Shown here: positions 13,640 through 26,899 of the stretch, piece by piece
Layout of the letters: the number at the start of each line of letters is the position of its first letter
Position numbering within the stretch: position 1 is the stretch's first letter
NCBI RefSeq assembly: GCF_001194135.2
Contig: NC_068987.1
Location: forward strand, 15,464,030-15,528,029
From: Octopus bimaculoides
Taxonomy: Eukaryota
Reading direction: 5' to 3'
DNA length: 64,000 nt
The notes under the pieces: model-generated
Told to the model about the DNA's origin: nothing
The model's input: the letters and a program-made list of their open reading frames with translations, nothing else
The model's database searches: none
Position numbers and translations under genes: made by a program

Positions 13640-14420
13640 CTGTCTATCACTCACCTCTCACACGCTTGTGACCTTACCTACCCACCCTTCCCAATATTCT
13701 GTCATTATTCAATCTTCTACTCACCTACTTGTACTTTGAGAGTACACCTTGATACCTCATCACCAACACCTTTATGTTTCTTTCCAGCTACTCCTTCCCA
13801 CCTTTATATAATGATGAGTAGCCATGTATCCCTTCTACAGCAAGACACTTGTTCGTGGCCCTCTATTATACTTTAACCTCTCAATACTAAGCATATAGTC
13901 ACCTATAGTCTCTGCTATTCCCCCACTCAGTGGGTTACATAGCAACCTTACTAGTGCCACACAGAAAGCATCCAGTACACTTTGTAAAGTGATTGGTGTT
14001 AGGAAAGGTATCCAGTTATAGAAACCATACCAAAGCAGACATTGGAGCATGATACAGACCTGTGACCCATCACATCCTGTTGAACCAACCATTGTCAGTA
14101 TGGAAAACAGTACTTCAAATGATGATGATGATGACAATCTCCTTCACTTCCTTGTACTTACCAAAAATGACTGGGGAGTTTATTGCCTGCACATTTTTAA
14201 TGCTTATTGTATTCACACACAAAGACTATATTCTCTGTTAACCTTCCTGTGATACTTTTGTGTCCAAAGCTTGCACTGGATACCACATATGGAATTTTTC
14301 TCTCAACACCCTTCTTACTTATCAAGCAAGGGCATTTCCCTGAAGGGACTTGTGGTTTGTCTGTTTTCCTCCTTACTAGGACTTCAGTTTTTGCTAAATT
14401 AACTCTAAGGCCCTTAGATT
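13640..14420 (-). mobile_element. Highly decayed RTE fragments, with a + strand RTE 3' UTR copy at ~13950-14135 between them
   Basis: The reverse strand gives remnants such as KGVERK..HKSITGRLTENIVFVC and endonuclease-like pieces. Similarity is weak. Confidence 0.45.
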
Positions 14421-17245
14421 CTAGGCCTTACTTCCACACCTGAATACACACATACATACACACACTTCAATGCATCACTAGACACAATATCATCATAAAT
14501 ACTGTTAACCTATTCATGTTTATGTGTAATGAAAAATTAAGCCCATCTCATCACATTGTCACCCTTTTAAAGCAAACTGAATAAAAGAAGTGTATTGTTT
14601 ATTTATATATAACATGAAGTTATATAATCAAATATTGTTACATACAAAATGAAAGTGAAGTAAAGCAAGCTGATAAGTAGATATTTAATAGCCATGTAAC
14701 CTTAATATTACTTATATTGAAAAGAAAAATACTAAAAATATATTCACCATTGTTAAAGCAATGAAGTATTAATTCTTAGTTAATTTTCAACCGTTGCAAT
14801 GCATGCAACAGTTGGATATGTAAAATCTAGGAATGAACCTGAAACCACATGGTTGCATAGTGAACTTTCTAACCACACAGCCTTATATATATATTCTCAT
14901 CTTCTGACCTTAATCCCTTTCCTCATTGCTTTAAAGATTTGGCACCCTGCTTCTCACTTTGCCTGCATCCTTATTATTAATCGTCTCCTAGTTGTCTACT
15001 ATTCACCTGACCTTTACCCCAACCCCCAATTTTTCAAAATTTGACTGCTGCCTAATTTAACCTTCCTTTTTGCTATTCCTCAATATTTGATTTTCCTCTT
15101 CCTGTAGTTTTCATTAATCTCTCTCTCAACCAGCTAGAAATAGTATATATATATATTGGAAAATGTAGTTTGAAGTACACTATTTCTTTGAACTTTTATC
15201 TGTTATCTTATACTTGTTTCAATCATTGTACTGTGGCCATGCTGGGGCACCACCTTAAAGGATGTAGTCAAACATCTCAACCCTACTTCTTATGTTCCTT
15301 TTCTTTTAAGCTTGCTACTTAATTTATCAGCCTCTTTTGCCAAACCACTAAGTTATGAGGATGTAAATAAATGAACACTGGTTATCAAGCATTGGGCAGA
15401 AGGAGGGAATACACAAAGACACACACACACACACACACACACACAAATATATATCCAAATATAGTTAAATAGGCAATGTGAGTGGATTTGCTGAAAGAAG
15501 CCCATCATATATGGGCACATTTTTTAATCATACGGGTGCCATGTTAAAAGCACCCACCACACACTGTAAAGTAGTTGGCATTAGGAAGGGTATCCAGCCG
15601 TAGAAACCAGGCTAAATCAAGGACAGACAAACGGATTAAGTCGATTATATCGACCCCAGTGCATAACTGGTACTTATTTAATCGACCCCGAAAGGATGAA
15701 AGGCAAAGTTGACCTCGGCGGAATTTGAACTCAGAACGTAACGGCAGACTAAATACTGCTAAGCATTTCACCCAGCATGCTAACGATTCTGCCAGCTCGC
15801 CGCCTCTTTCAGTTTCTGTCTACAAAATCCATTCACAAGGCTTTCTTCGGTCAAGGGCTACTACAGAAAACACTGGCCCAAGGTACCACACTATGGGACT
15901 GAACCTGGAACTATGTAGTTGAGAATCAGGTTTCTTACCACACAGTAATGCCTGCATAAAAGAAAAAAAACATGAAATGGAATGCTGGAAATGCCTATAA
16001 TGGTAGGTCTGTTCATTTAGGGCCGATTTGGGGTTAACCAACAACAACGCTGTCCAGTGAAGAATTCAGTATGAAATGTTATTCTTTTCCTCTTCCGGAC
16101 TAGAAATCAATTTATTCTACTTTTTAACTAATGCATAGTTTTACATTGCATAGTCGTAAATGTGAGTGTGTTTATGCATCTATGAATGTGCGTGCTTGTA
16201 TCTGCATTCATGTGAGTGTGCTTGTGTGACCCTGAGTATGATTCCTGTCTGTCTGGATGCATTTAAGTTAAACAGCCCTGTGTGTGTGTGTCTACATGTA
16301 TTTGTATATGTATTTATATGTGTATGCATATACATCAGTGACCTTTGTGTGTATGTGGATACATTTACGTAAATAACACTGATTTTGTGTGTGTGTGTGT
16401 GTGTGTATTTTGTGTAGGTGTCTGTGTGCATATATGCATACACATCTGTGGCTTTTTTTGTGTTTCTATTTATGTAAATAACATTCTGGAAATCTCTGGA
16501 GTCTTTGACAACATGCTGCAGAATAGCCATCGGCCACTTATGCCGATATCCACTCTATTCACAGAACTTTCCGATAGTCTATACCTTCCTTCTTTCCACC
16601 TCTCTCACTTTGTCTCTCTCTCTCTCCCTCCATCTCACTCTTTCTCCCTTTCCACCTCTCTTCCTCTCCCCCCTCTCTTCCTCTCCCCCTCTCACTCTCT
16701 CTCTTCCATATTTCTTTCTGCATTTTCTTTCCATCTTTTATTCTCTCCTCCTGCCACCTTCTTCTTCTTCTCCTTTTCTTCTTCTTCTTCTCCTTTTTCT
16801 TCTTCTCCTTCTTCTCCTTCTTCTTCTTCTTCTTCTTCATCTCCTTCTTCATCTTCTTCTCCTTCTTCTTCTTCTTCTTCTCCTTCTTCTCTTTCTTTCT
16901 CTTTCTCTCTGTCATTTTCCTTCTCTCTCTTCCCTCTTTCTTCTTCATCCTTCTTTTGGTTTCCTCCTTCACTTATAACCACACTGCACTTTTTTATTCC
17001 TTTCTTTCCCTCCATCTTTTCCTCTTCCTCCCCTTCTTCCTCATCCCTGCCTGTTTCCTCCTCCCCCCCTCCTCATTCCTGTTCCTTTTTCCTCCTTTTT
17101 CTCCTTTTCCACTTTTTCATATGACATCCGGCCCTCACCAAAAAGATGCCTGTCTCCAACAGCTAAAATGTCCTGTTTGAGGTTTTGCTATAAAGACAGA
17201 TATATTTAGCTCCAGTGCTTTCCATTTTCAAAGTGTGGGTGGTCA

Positions 17246-17279
<34 letters not shown>

Positions 17280-18276
17280 CTGTTTTCAACCATTTTTGCC
17301 TCATCCTTCACACCCCTTTCTAACATATATTCCGGTATATTCTGTATATTCGGCAACATTTTATTAATATATCATTATTAGTTTATATGTATCAACAAAC
17401 TTTTTTTATGATGTTATACTTTCATTTTTTTTTTTATATTTTTCTCCTTTTCTACTTCCTCATTCCTTCTTTTTCCTATTCCTTATCATTTTTTACTCTT
17501 TGCTTTTTTCTTTTCTATTTTTCTTCTTTCATATTTTTACTCATTCCTTTCTGTCTTTCTTTCTTTCTTGTTAGAAACCTTTTGTTTTTGCAAAAAATAA
17601 AAAAATCAATAACTTCACTGTTATAGCTAGCGTCGATGTCAAGAACACTGTGAGAAAATAGATTTCCGCTATCCGAAGTGAAAAGCTAGGTTGCCAGGAA
17701 GGTACAGAACAGCAGGGTAAAAATGAAAATGATGGTTTTATAAAGAAAGTATGAAGGGGAAAATATGAAAGATGTAAGGATGAAGGGATGGCAGGTTTAA
17801 AAGGTAATTTGAAAAGATGGATAAAGAGAAAGAAAGACAGATAATAGGTAGTCAGACAGAAGGGTTGATAGACAGAAAGAAAGAGAGAGAGGGAGGTGAA
17901 AACAGAGAGAGATACATAAACAGAAAGAAAGATAGAGGAGTTAAAGCAGATGATAGGTTCGTAGATAAACAAAGAACTATGAAATATAAGTATAAGTTTT
18001 GAATAACACAAGGATGGTGGGCTGATTGGAAAAAGAAAAAGTAGAAGTAGTTTGATTGATATAGATAGATTCATTGACAGATTGATAGATACAAATGACA
18101 AATAGATAGATATACTGACAGGTACGTAGATGATATGAAAGGTTAATAGATATAGTTAAGACAGCTGGATTGATTAATATCATAGCCTGAATTAGGAAAC
18201 ATGCCAAATGCCTGAGTGATGAATCCTTTCTTAATGAAAACCTTTAAAATTTGACCCATTCCCCCTTCTGTATTGT

Positions 18277-18384
<108 letters not shown>

Positions 18385-19587
18385 AACTCAAATAATACTT
18401 TTGTTTGAAACCAGCCCATTTTACAAGTGTAACTGAAGATTACCTTTCATATTTTGTTACAGAAAAAAGTAACACAATGCACTATAAATCATATGGATTG
18501 GTTAATCTTCTTTGAAAATATATATTAACACTTTAGCATTTAACCCAGCCATATCTGGCCTAAATATTCTCCCCATTTTATGTTCAATCCAGCCAAATTT
18601 GGCTTCTCACACCTGTCCTACAATATAATTCTAAAAATAGACAATCACACCATTGAAATCCCAAAGCTATGAGATAATCCATGATTAATTCAAAACAATG
18701 TGAATGCATAACCATTGCGTTTGGCAGATTAATCTAAATGCTAAAAGGTTAAGCATTTTCATTCTTTTTTCTTTCAAGCACTTCCCTCTCTATGGAGCAT
18801 AAGCCATCAATGACTCTTCTCCTCTGCTCTCAACTCTGGACTGGACTGTTTTCAGGACCACTCCCTTGGTATGGGGGACACTTATGATGCCCTGAGAAAA
18901 GGCCTTCCTCTCTCAGGTCTTGTTGGTTTTCAATTGTCTTCATTGATGTTTCTGTAACTTTTTCTTCTAGGTAAGGTTATTGGCCCCTTGCAATCCCATT
19001 TCTACCTCTTGGAAGAGTTAGTATATATATTAGTTTGGCCTCTCTCCTTTGACTTGCTCAGCATGGAAGGCCCTACTTGGACTTGCACTCTGCTGGCATT
19101 GTTCTTATTGTCGTTGGCAAACACAAAACGCCACACTGCAATTAAGACTGAACCTTGTGGGGGGATATATTGAGCCTTGTTTTAACCCTTTAACATTCAG
19201 ATTACTCTATCAAATGTAATGCTCATTTATTCACATCATCTTGAATTGATCATATATTACCATAACTTAGAGATTTCAATGATTTGATTGTTTATTTTCA
19301 AAATACCTTTGTAGGGTAGGTGTAAGGGGCTGGATATGGCTGGTATAAATGCTAAAGAGTTTAAAGAATTTAAGGTTTGTGATACCCTTTCTTCTGTTTG
19401 GAAGAATGTGTGAGCCTTACAACTAAAGCATGACTATTTCAATATAGGCTTCAGTTAGGATTGATTCAGATTGCACCAAATCTAAACCCAACTAAACCCA
19501 AACCATGATACATTTGGTTGTCAAACCCATGCCTTTTATTTATAGGTTATAATCCCTAAAATATTTTTTATAACAAAGGTAAAATAT

Positions 19588-19775
19588 ACGAGGTGAGTGC
19601 TGAAAAGTTCCTGGCTTTGGGTAAAAGAAAACACAAGAAGATCAGTTAATTATAATTTTATCCAAATTATTCCCCTCTCAGATTCACACACTTATTGCAG
19701 TGGTCCTTCAGTTTTTCTAAACCTTGTAAAAGAACTCGGAAGGTTGGGCCTCCAACCAGGCCTTTCGTGATTGGT
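19588..19775 (-). mobile_element. Mariner right end of the same family as 35042
   Basis: TA|CGAGGTGAGTGCTGAAAAGTTCCTGGC terminus. The reverse strand encodes WLEAQPSEFFYK..HCNKCVNLRGE-like C-terminus with a frameshift. Aligns with 35042-35180. Confidence 0.75.
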
Positions 19776-19817
19776 CTTCTTCTCAAGCACAGCATACACA
19801 CACACACACACACATAA

Positions 19818-19962
19818 TATGATTGCTAGAATAAGAATAAGGTGGAGAAAATTCAGAGAGCTTTTACATCTGTTAGCAACCAAAGGGCTTTCTCTCCAAG
19901 TGAAAGGAAGACTGTATAATGCATGTGTACAAACGGCAATGTTACATGGTAGTGAGATGTAG
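19818..19962 (+). mobile_element. RTE LINE fragment (post-RT region)
   Basis: IARIRIRWRKFRELLHLLATKGLSLQVKGRLYNACVQTAMLHGSE. The same motif recurs degraded at ~45265-45500 (WKNFRESLPLATKGFSFHAKSRL). Confidence 0.8.
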
Positions 19963-20019
19963 GTCCTGAATACAGTTATCTACTCTACAGCGAGACACCT
20001 ATCCTTGTCTCTCTATATT

Positions 20020-20319
20020 AATGCTTCTCAGCCAGAGTCCATATATGATTTTTGGGGGTCCACATCACAAATTAGTAAATTGGGGATCAACAATAGTATG
20101 TTAGGGGCCCCTGAAAAATATTTGCTTTAGATGTGTGTATTGGTATGTATTGCTAGAAACAGCTAGGTTTCTTTCTCTAACATTTTACATAGTACAACCT
20201 TCACGATTTAATATGTGAAAATCAAAAGAGGAAATTTAAAAGAAGCTTCTATAAAACTAGTTTTTAAACATCAAATGGCTGTGGGGCCCAAAGAAGTAAA
20301 ATATGGTTGAGAACCCCTG
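20020..20319. mobile_element. hAT-type MITE, reverse copy of the 12247 family
   Basis: Ends ggttgagaacccctg; the interior is the reverse complement of the 12300-12560 segment. Confidence 0.7.
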
Positions 20320-20642
20320 CTCTGTACCTTTAATCTCTCAACTGGCACAAACCACCCTGCCTTAATACTACTCCCCACTCCCAGCCAAAGAGTTTTGTCT
20401 TGCAAGTTACTTGGTGATCCTTTTGGTACTGGTGCCTCATAAAAAGTATTCTGTACACTTTGTACACTCTGTAAAGTGCTTGGCATTAGGAAGGGCATCC
20501 AGTTGTAGAAGCCATGCCAAAGTAATGGAGCCTTGTGTGGTTCCCGACTTTACGAGCTCCTGTCAAACTGTACTACTCATGCCAGTATGGAAAACAGATG
20601 TTTAATGATGATGATGATGTTATATTACATATATACGTAAAT

Positions 20643-21170
20643 GGCATGGCTGTGTGGTAAGAAGCTTGCTTCCCAACCACATGGTCTTGGGTTCAGTTCC
20701 ATTGTGTGGCACCTTGGAAAGTGTCTTCTACTATAGCCTCAGGCTGACCAAAACCTTGTGAGAGGATTTGGTAGATGGAAACTGAAAGAAGCCTGTTGTA
20801 TGTATGTGTGTGTGTGTGTGTGTGTGTGCATATGTGTGTGTCTGTGCACTAGCATAGCTAAAGTATGTGCCGCCCAGGGTGGCCCTTCTGTTTGCTGCCC
20901 CCAGACCCCACAAAAAACACATTGCCTACAGCAGACCCAAAAATGCGGACCGCCCCTACCGGTGTGTGTGTCTGTGTTTGTACCCCCAGCATCATTTGAC
21001 AACCAATGTTAGTGTGTTTACATCCCCGTAACTTTGCAGTTTGGCAAAAGTGAACGATTGAATAAATATTAGACTCACAAAGAATAAGTCTTGGGGTCAA
21101 TTTGTTTGACTAAAACCCTTTAAGGTGGTGCTCCAGCATGGCCACAGTCTAATAACTGAAACAAATAACA
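20643..21170 (+). mobile_element. Full bipartite SINE copy (head, (TG)n, tail) with a nested GC-rich fragment
   Basis: Head 20643-20790, (TG)n, foreign piece ~20848-20962, tail ending ggtggtgctccagcatggccacagtc..aactgaaacaa. Other complete copies at ~7295-7655(+), 31305-31620(-) and 54030-54360(-). Confidence 0.8.
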
Positions 21171-21491
21171 ATATATATATATATATATATATATATNNNN
21201 NNNNNNNNNNNNNNNNNNNNNNNNNNNNNNNNNNNNNNNNNNNNNNNNNNNNNNNNNNNNNNNNNNNNNNNNNNNNNNNNNNNNNNNNNNNNNNNNNNNN
21301 NNNNNNNNNNNNNNNNNNNNNNNNNNNNNNNNNNNNNNNNNNNNNNNNNNNNNNNNNNNNNNNNNNNNNNNNNNNNNNNNNNNNNNNNNNNNNNNNNNNN
21401 NNNNNNNNNNNNNNNNNNNNNNNNNNNNNNNNNNNNNNNNNNNNNNNNNNNNNNNNNNNNNNNNNNNNNNNNNNNNNNNNNNNNNNNNNNN

Positions 21492-21528
<37 letters not shown>

Positions 21529-23478
21529 CACACATACTTATATGTATATACATACACACAAAACATATGTATGAAGATAGGATGAATGGGGGATAAATAT
21601 ATTTCAGATACACACACATTTGAGAGAGCAATAGTGGACATATATATATACAGATCGGACAGGTAAATAATAACTAAATCTACATCTACACAGACAAGAC
21701 AATGAATTCATAAAGACAAGAGAATTAAATGAATGAAGAGATATCCAGATATATGGAAGTAAGACAAATGTAGCATATGTGAGTGTTATAGAGTAGCAAA
21801 GTTAAAGAATGAAATGATTATAAACATAATTAGAGAGAAAGATGGACAGAGCAGAGAGAGAAAGAAAGGGTGGAGGAATTTAGATGAAATGAAGAGAAAG
21901 AAGGAAGAGGACATGTCTGTGTGTGTGTACCGATGGCAAAGAATCTATTTTGGGAGATGAGTAGGAGGATGTGTATCCAGTCTGTGGAACTGGAATTATT
22001 ATTATTGCATAGCAAGGCTGAAGAAGAGACAAATGGTCTGTCTGTTAGTTTGTGTGTATATGTCTATTTCTGTGAGTCTGTTTGTGTGTGTGTGTGTGGT
22101 GAGTTGACTTGGTAAGACTGGTCTTTGTGGGATAAATCGAAAAGGAAAGAAAAAAGTAAGCAAACAAAGACTGATGGTGTTGGTGGTGGTGGTGATGGTT
22201 GTGTTGCTGGTGGTGGTGATGGTGGTGGTGGTGGTGACACCGACAAAGAAAGAAGAAACAGCAGAGTTGAAGCTGCTAAAAATGTTTCGGAGAGGAATTG
22301 ACTGGGAAATAATCAGAAGTGGCTGAGAGAGAGAGAGAGATGGAGGTGGTGAGAGGGTGTGGAGTTACCTGAGAAATACAGATGAAGACAGGTGAGACAA
22401 GATTGAAAGGTAAGGCATTTGCTGAGCGAACAGTATAAAAATGTCAATGAAGTAAATGTCTGAATGTCTGAGACAGGTGGTGGCGGTGATGGTGACAGCA
22501 GCACTGGTGGTGGCGGTGGCGGTGGCGGTGGTGGNNNNNNNNNNNNNNNNNNNNNNNNNNNNNNNNNNNNNNNNNNNNNNNNNNNNNNNNNNNNNNNNNN
22601 NNNNNNNNNNNNNNNNNNNNNNNNNNNNNNNNNNNNNNNNNNNNNNNNNNNNNNNNNNNNNNNNNNNNNNNNNNNNNNNNNNNNNNNNNNNNNNNNNNNN
22701 NNNNNNNNNNNNNNNNNNNNNNNNNNNNNNNNNNNNNNNNNNNNNNNNNNNNNNNNNNNNNNNNNNNNNNNNNNNNNNNNNNNNNNNNNNNNNNNNNNNN
22801 NNNNNNNNNNNNNNNNNNNNNNNNNNNNNNNNNNNNNNNNNNNNNNNNNNNNNNNNNNNNNNNNNNNNNNNNNNNNNNNNNNNNNNNNNNNNNNNNNNNN
22901 NNNNNNNNNNNNNNNNNNNNNNNNNNNNNNNNNNNNNNNNNNNNNNNNNNNNNNNNNNNNNNNNNNNNNNNNNNNNNNNNNNNNNNNNNNNNNNNNNNNN
23001 NNNNNNNNNNNNNNNNNNNNNNNNNNNNNNNNNNNNNNNNNNNNNNNNNNNNNNNNNNNNNNNNNNNNNNNNNNNNNNNNNNNNNNNNNNNNNNNNNNNN
23101 NNNNNNNNNNNNNNNNNNNNNNNNNNNNNNNNNNNNNNNNNNNNNNNNNNNNNNNNNNNNNNNNNNNNNNNNNNNNNNNNNNNNNNNNNNNNNNNNNNNN
23201 NNNNNNNNNNNNNNNNNNNNNNNNNNNNNNNNNNNNNNNNNNNNNNNNNNNNNNNNNNNNNNNNNNNNNNNNNNNNNNNNNNNNNNNNNNNNNNNNNNNN
23301 NNNNNNNNNNNNNNNNNNNNNNNNNNNNNNNNNNNNNNNNNNNNNNNNNNNNNNNNNNNNNNNNNNNNNNNNNNNNNNNNNNNNNAGCATTACATTAAAT
23401 GCAATATGTAGAGCAATCTTCAGCTGCACAAAAATGTAAAAAAATTACAGTAGAATAGACATATTATATATTTATATA

Positions 23479-23525
<47 letters not shown>

Positions 23526-24050
23526 ATTTTTGTGTGTCTCCCCGCCATTGCTTGACAACCGATGTTGGTGTGTTTATGTCCCCGTAACCTAGCAGTTCAG
23601 CAAAAGAGACCAATAGAATAAATACTAGGCTTGCAAACAATACGTCCTGGGGTTGATTTGTTCGAATAAAGGCGGTGCTCCAGCATGGCCGCAGTCAAAT
23701 GCCTGTAACAAATAAAAGAATAAAAGAACATTATCAAAGTTTTGAAGCTACAAGATAATACCTGATTAATTCAAAACAATGTGGATAAATAAGTACAACA
23801 TTTGACTAAGTAATCTGAACTAGCAGGACCCGTTAATATTTCACAGGCTTAATACTAAACCTGTTAGGTTATGTCTGAAAACTTTATCCCAAAATCCTGA
23901 AAGTGTAGCCTGTGTTGTGTCTGTATGGAAAGATAGTCGCTCATCTGCTATTCATTGATAACTGAAAGAAATTGGAATACAATGATTAGTTAATGCACTT
24001 TATATATACACTTTATATACTTTAAGCACAATTTTATAGATTTAATAAAT

Positions 24051-24437
24051 GGAGGCGTAATGGCCCAGTGGTTAGGGCAGCAGACTCGAGGTCATAGGAT
24101 CGCAGTTTCGATTCCCAGACCGGGCGTTGTGAGTGTTTAATGAACGAAAACACCTAAAGCTCCACAAGGCTCCAACAGGAGATGGTGGCGAACGCTGCTG
24201 TACTCTTTCACCACAACTTTCTTTCACTCTTACTTCCTGTTTCTGTTGTGCTTTTAATTCAAAGGGTCAGCCTTGTCACACTGTGTCACGCTGAATATCC
24301 CCGAGAACTACGTTAAGGGTACGCGTGTCTGTGGAGGCTCAGCCACTTGCACGTTAATTTCACAAGCAGGCTGTTCCGTTGATCGGATCAACTGGAACCC
24401 TCAACATCGTAAGCAATGGAGTGCCAACAACAACAAC
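24051..24437 (+). mobile_element. tRNA-derived SINE, full length (resembles octopus OK/OR-type SINEs as I recall them)
   Basis: A box TGGCCCAGTGG, B box GTTTCGATTCC, (CAA)n tail. Partial related copy at ~44070-44320. Confidence 0.85.
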
Positions 24438-25551
24438 ATATAAATTTAATACACAGTAATCATAAAATAGATATTCGCTCTTATTTTTCTATTTTCCCCA
24501 TAAACAAATAGAATATCGCCGTACATATGATACAACCTTTAGTTAAATTGCACATATCTGCCACGTAAATAATCATGAATATTTCATGGAATTGCACTTG
24601 TACGCATGCATTAAATGATAGGTGATATTAAAAAAAATACGCTTTTCATTATTCACTTACCATCGCCACCACCACCTCCATCTCCACCACCATCATCATC
24701 TCTCTTTCTGTGCCTCCCCTCTCTCTTTCTCTCTCTGCCTTTAACCTCACCATCAGAACGTAACCCCCTATACTAAAATTACATTTTTAACTCTCCTCTA
24801 TATCACTACCTTCAACTAACTTTTTTAACCACATAATAAACACTACATTCTCACTACCTCATGTCATGGACGCTTCTCTCTCCTTCCTTTTCTCTCTCCA
24901 TCTTCTACTCTTGCCCTCTTTTTCTTCTTTTCCTCTTTCTGTCTCACTGTTTGCCTTATCCTCTTTTTCTCTCTCCTTTTTTTCTTTCTCCTTCTTGCAC
25001 TCTCTTTTCCTTCAAATAACTATGTGAAAGCAATACAGTTGCATTACCTCTACCTCACATCATGGATGCTTCACTCCCTCTCTTTTTCTCTCTCCCTGTC
25101 TTTTTTATGTCTCCCTCTTCTTCTCTAATCATACAAATGCATTACCAACAGCCTAAGTAATGGAATGACAAGCAGAATTATTATAAGATGCTGAAGTGTT
25201 AAATAGAAGACAACAAACTGACAGAATCATTAGCAAGTCAAACAAAACACATAACAGCATTTCTTTCTGCTCTTTATATTCTCAGTTCATATTCCGCCAA
25301 GGTTCTCTTTGGTTTTTGTCCTTTCAGAGTCGATGTAATAAGTACCAGTTATGCACTGGGATCAATGTAATTGACTTACCCCTCCTCCAAAGTTGCTAGC
25401 CTTGTCCCAAAATTTGAAACCATTATTAAACAGAAGTGACCTCCATTCTTCGTCATTTTACTCAATATCTGCGGTCTCCTAATCTTAGACTCTGGTACCA
25501 GATATAGTTTGAAGTCATACCCAAGACATTGACAGAATTAAATAGAAGCAT

Positions 25552-25893
25552 AAGGCGGTGAGCTGACAGAAATGTTAGCATACTGGGTGAAATGCTTAGC
25601 GGTTTTTCATCTGTCTTTACGTTCTGAGTTCAATTCTGCTGAGGTCAGCTTTGCCTTTCATCCTTTCGGGGTTGATAAATTAAGTACCAGTTGCATACTG
25701 GGGTCAAGCATGCCGGGTGAAATGCTTAGCGGTTTTTCATCTGTCTTTACGTTCTGAGTTCAAATTCTGCTGAGGTCAACTTTGCCTTTCATCCTTTCGG
25801 GGTTGATAAATTAAGTACCAGTTGCATACTGGGGTAAATCGAATCGACTGGACCCCTCTCCAAAAATTTCAGGCCATGTGCCTAGAATAGAAA
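25552..25893 (+). mobile_element. tRNA-derived SINE with an internal 130-bp tandem duplication and an 18-bp TSD
   Basis: TSD AGAATTAAATAGAAGCAT at 25534-25551 and 25894-25911. Central box tcaactttgcctttcatcctttcggggt..aagtaccag present twice. Single-unit copy at ~15630-15803(-); fragments at 7165-7290, 25290-25430, 39960-40050(-) and 55490-55650. Confidence 0.9.
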
Positions 25894-26836
25894 AGAATTA
25901 AATAGAAGCATCATTTCTGTGAGTTTAAAAATAAAGCGTCTTAGTTCAAGTCTACTGTCCAGTTGTATGGAATCTTGTCGTGGCCAAGGACTAAGGAAGA
26001 AAATTCTAAGAAGCCTTGCAACATGTAAACATTAAGGGTGAATGCTTGCTTGGAATCCCTAATACCTTTCATTTGACCAGGCTAGGGACCACAACCCCTT
26101 TCTGCCTTGCTAGTGAGAAGCAGTGGTGGTTCTCCAAGAGAATATTATTATCTTAAGAACTCTCATCCAACTCATACCAGAATGGAAAAGACAATCATAA
26201 TAACAATGGATGGTGGTGGTGGTGGTGGTGGTGGTGGTGGTGCTGCTGCTGCTGGTGGTGGCAGAAGTAGTAGCAGTCATGATGATGATGATTTTTATTT
26301 GACATAGAGACAAAGTGGTGTTTCATACAGTGAGGCGATGCAATTAGTTGAACCAGCTACCATTAAATTACTGGTACTTCCCTTGGTGGGGATTTGAACC
26401 AAAAACATAAAGGGGTGATATTAAATACCACACAGCATTTGTCCGGCTGTTGTATCATTTTTGCCGTTTTGCCACCCTGAATTACAGGTGGTTGGTCAAC
26501 TTGTTAGAAATAGGAACCCAATCTCCCTCATATTACACCTTATGATCTTAAAACTCGACCACACCAGACACTATTGCCCAAGATATGCTATGCCTGAGGA
26601 AATTCAGGATGGTCATGGTTAGAATGCCTTTAAATCATAGGTCCACTGCTCATCCTGGGCCAGTTTGGAAGTTAAACAACGACTTTAGTTCTTCTGTTTT
26701 TGTATGGTTTCATGTGTTTTTTTTTTAAATTTTTGTTTGTGTATTAGATGTACGCATAGAGACAAAACACAAACACATTGAAAATAGTATGTAGATATGC
26801 TCTCATTTATGCATACACAATCAGAACCACCTCAGA

Positions 26837-26899
<63 letters not shown>

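Noticed and set aside
17627-17649. Possible micro-exon reading ASVDVKNT (ankyrin-like)
   Set aside because: Only 23 nt with weak acceptor context, and it gives no sensible ankyrin spacing when joined to DGVEVD.
24051-24125. tRNA gene
   Set aside because: A and B boxes are present, but there is no proper acceptor stem and the sequence continues into a SINE body and tail.
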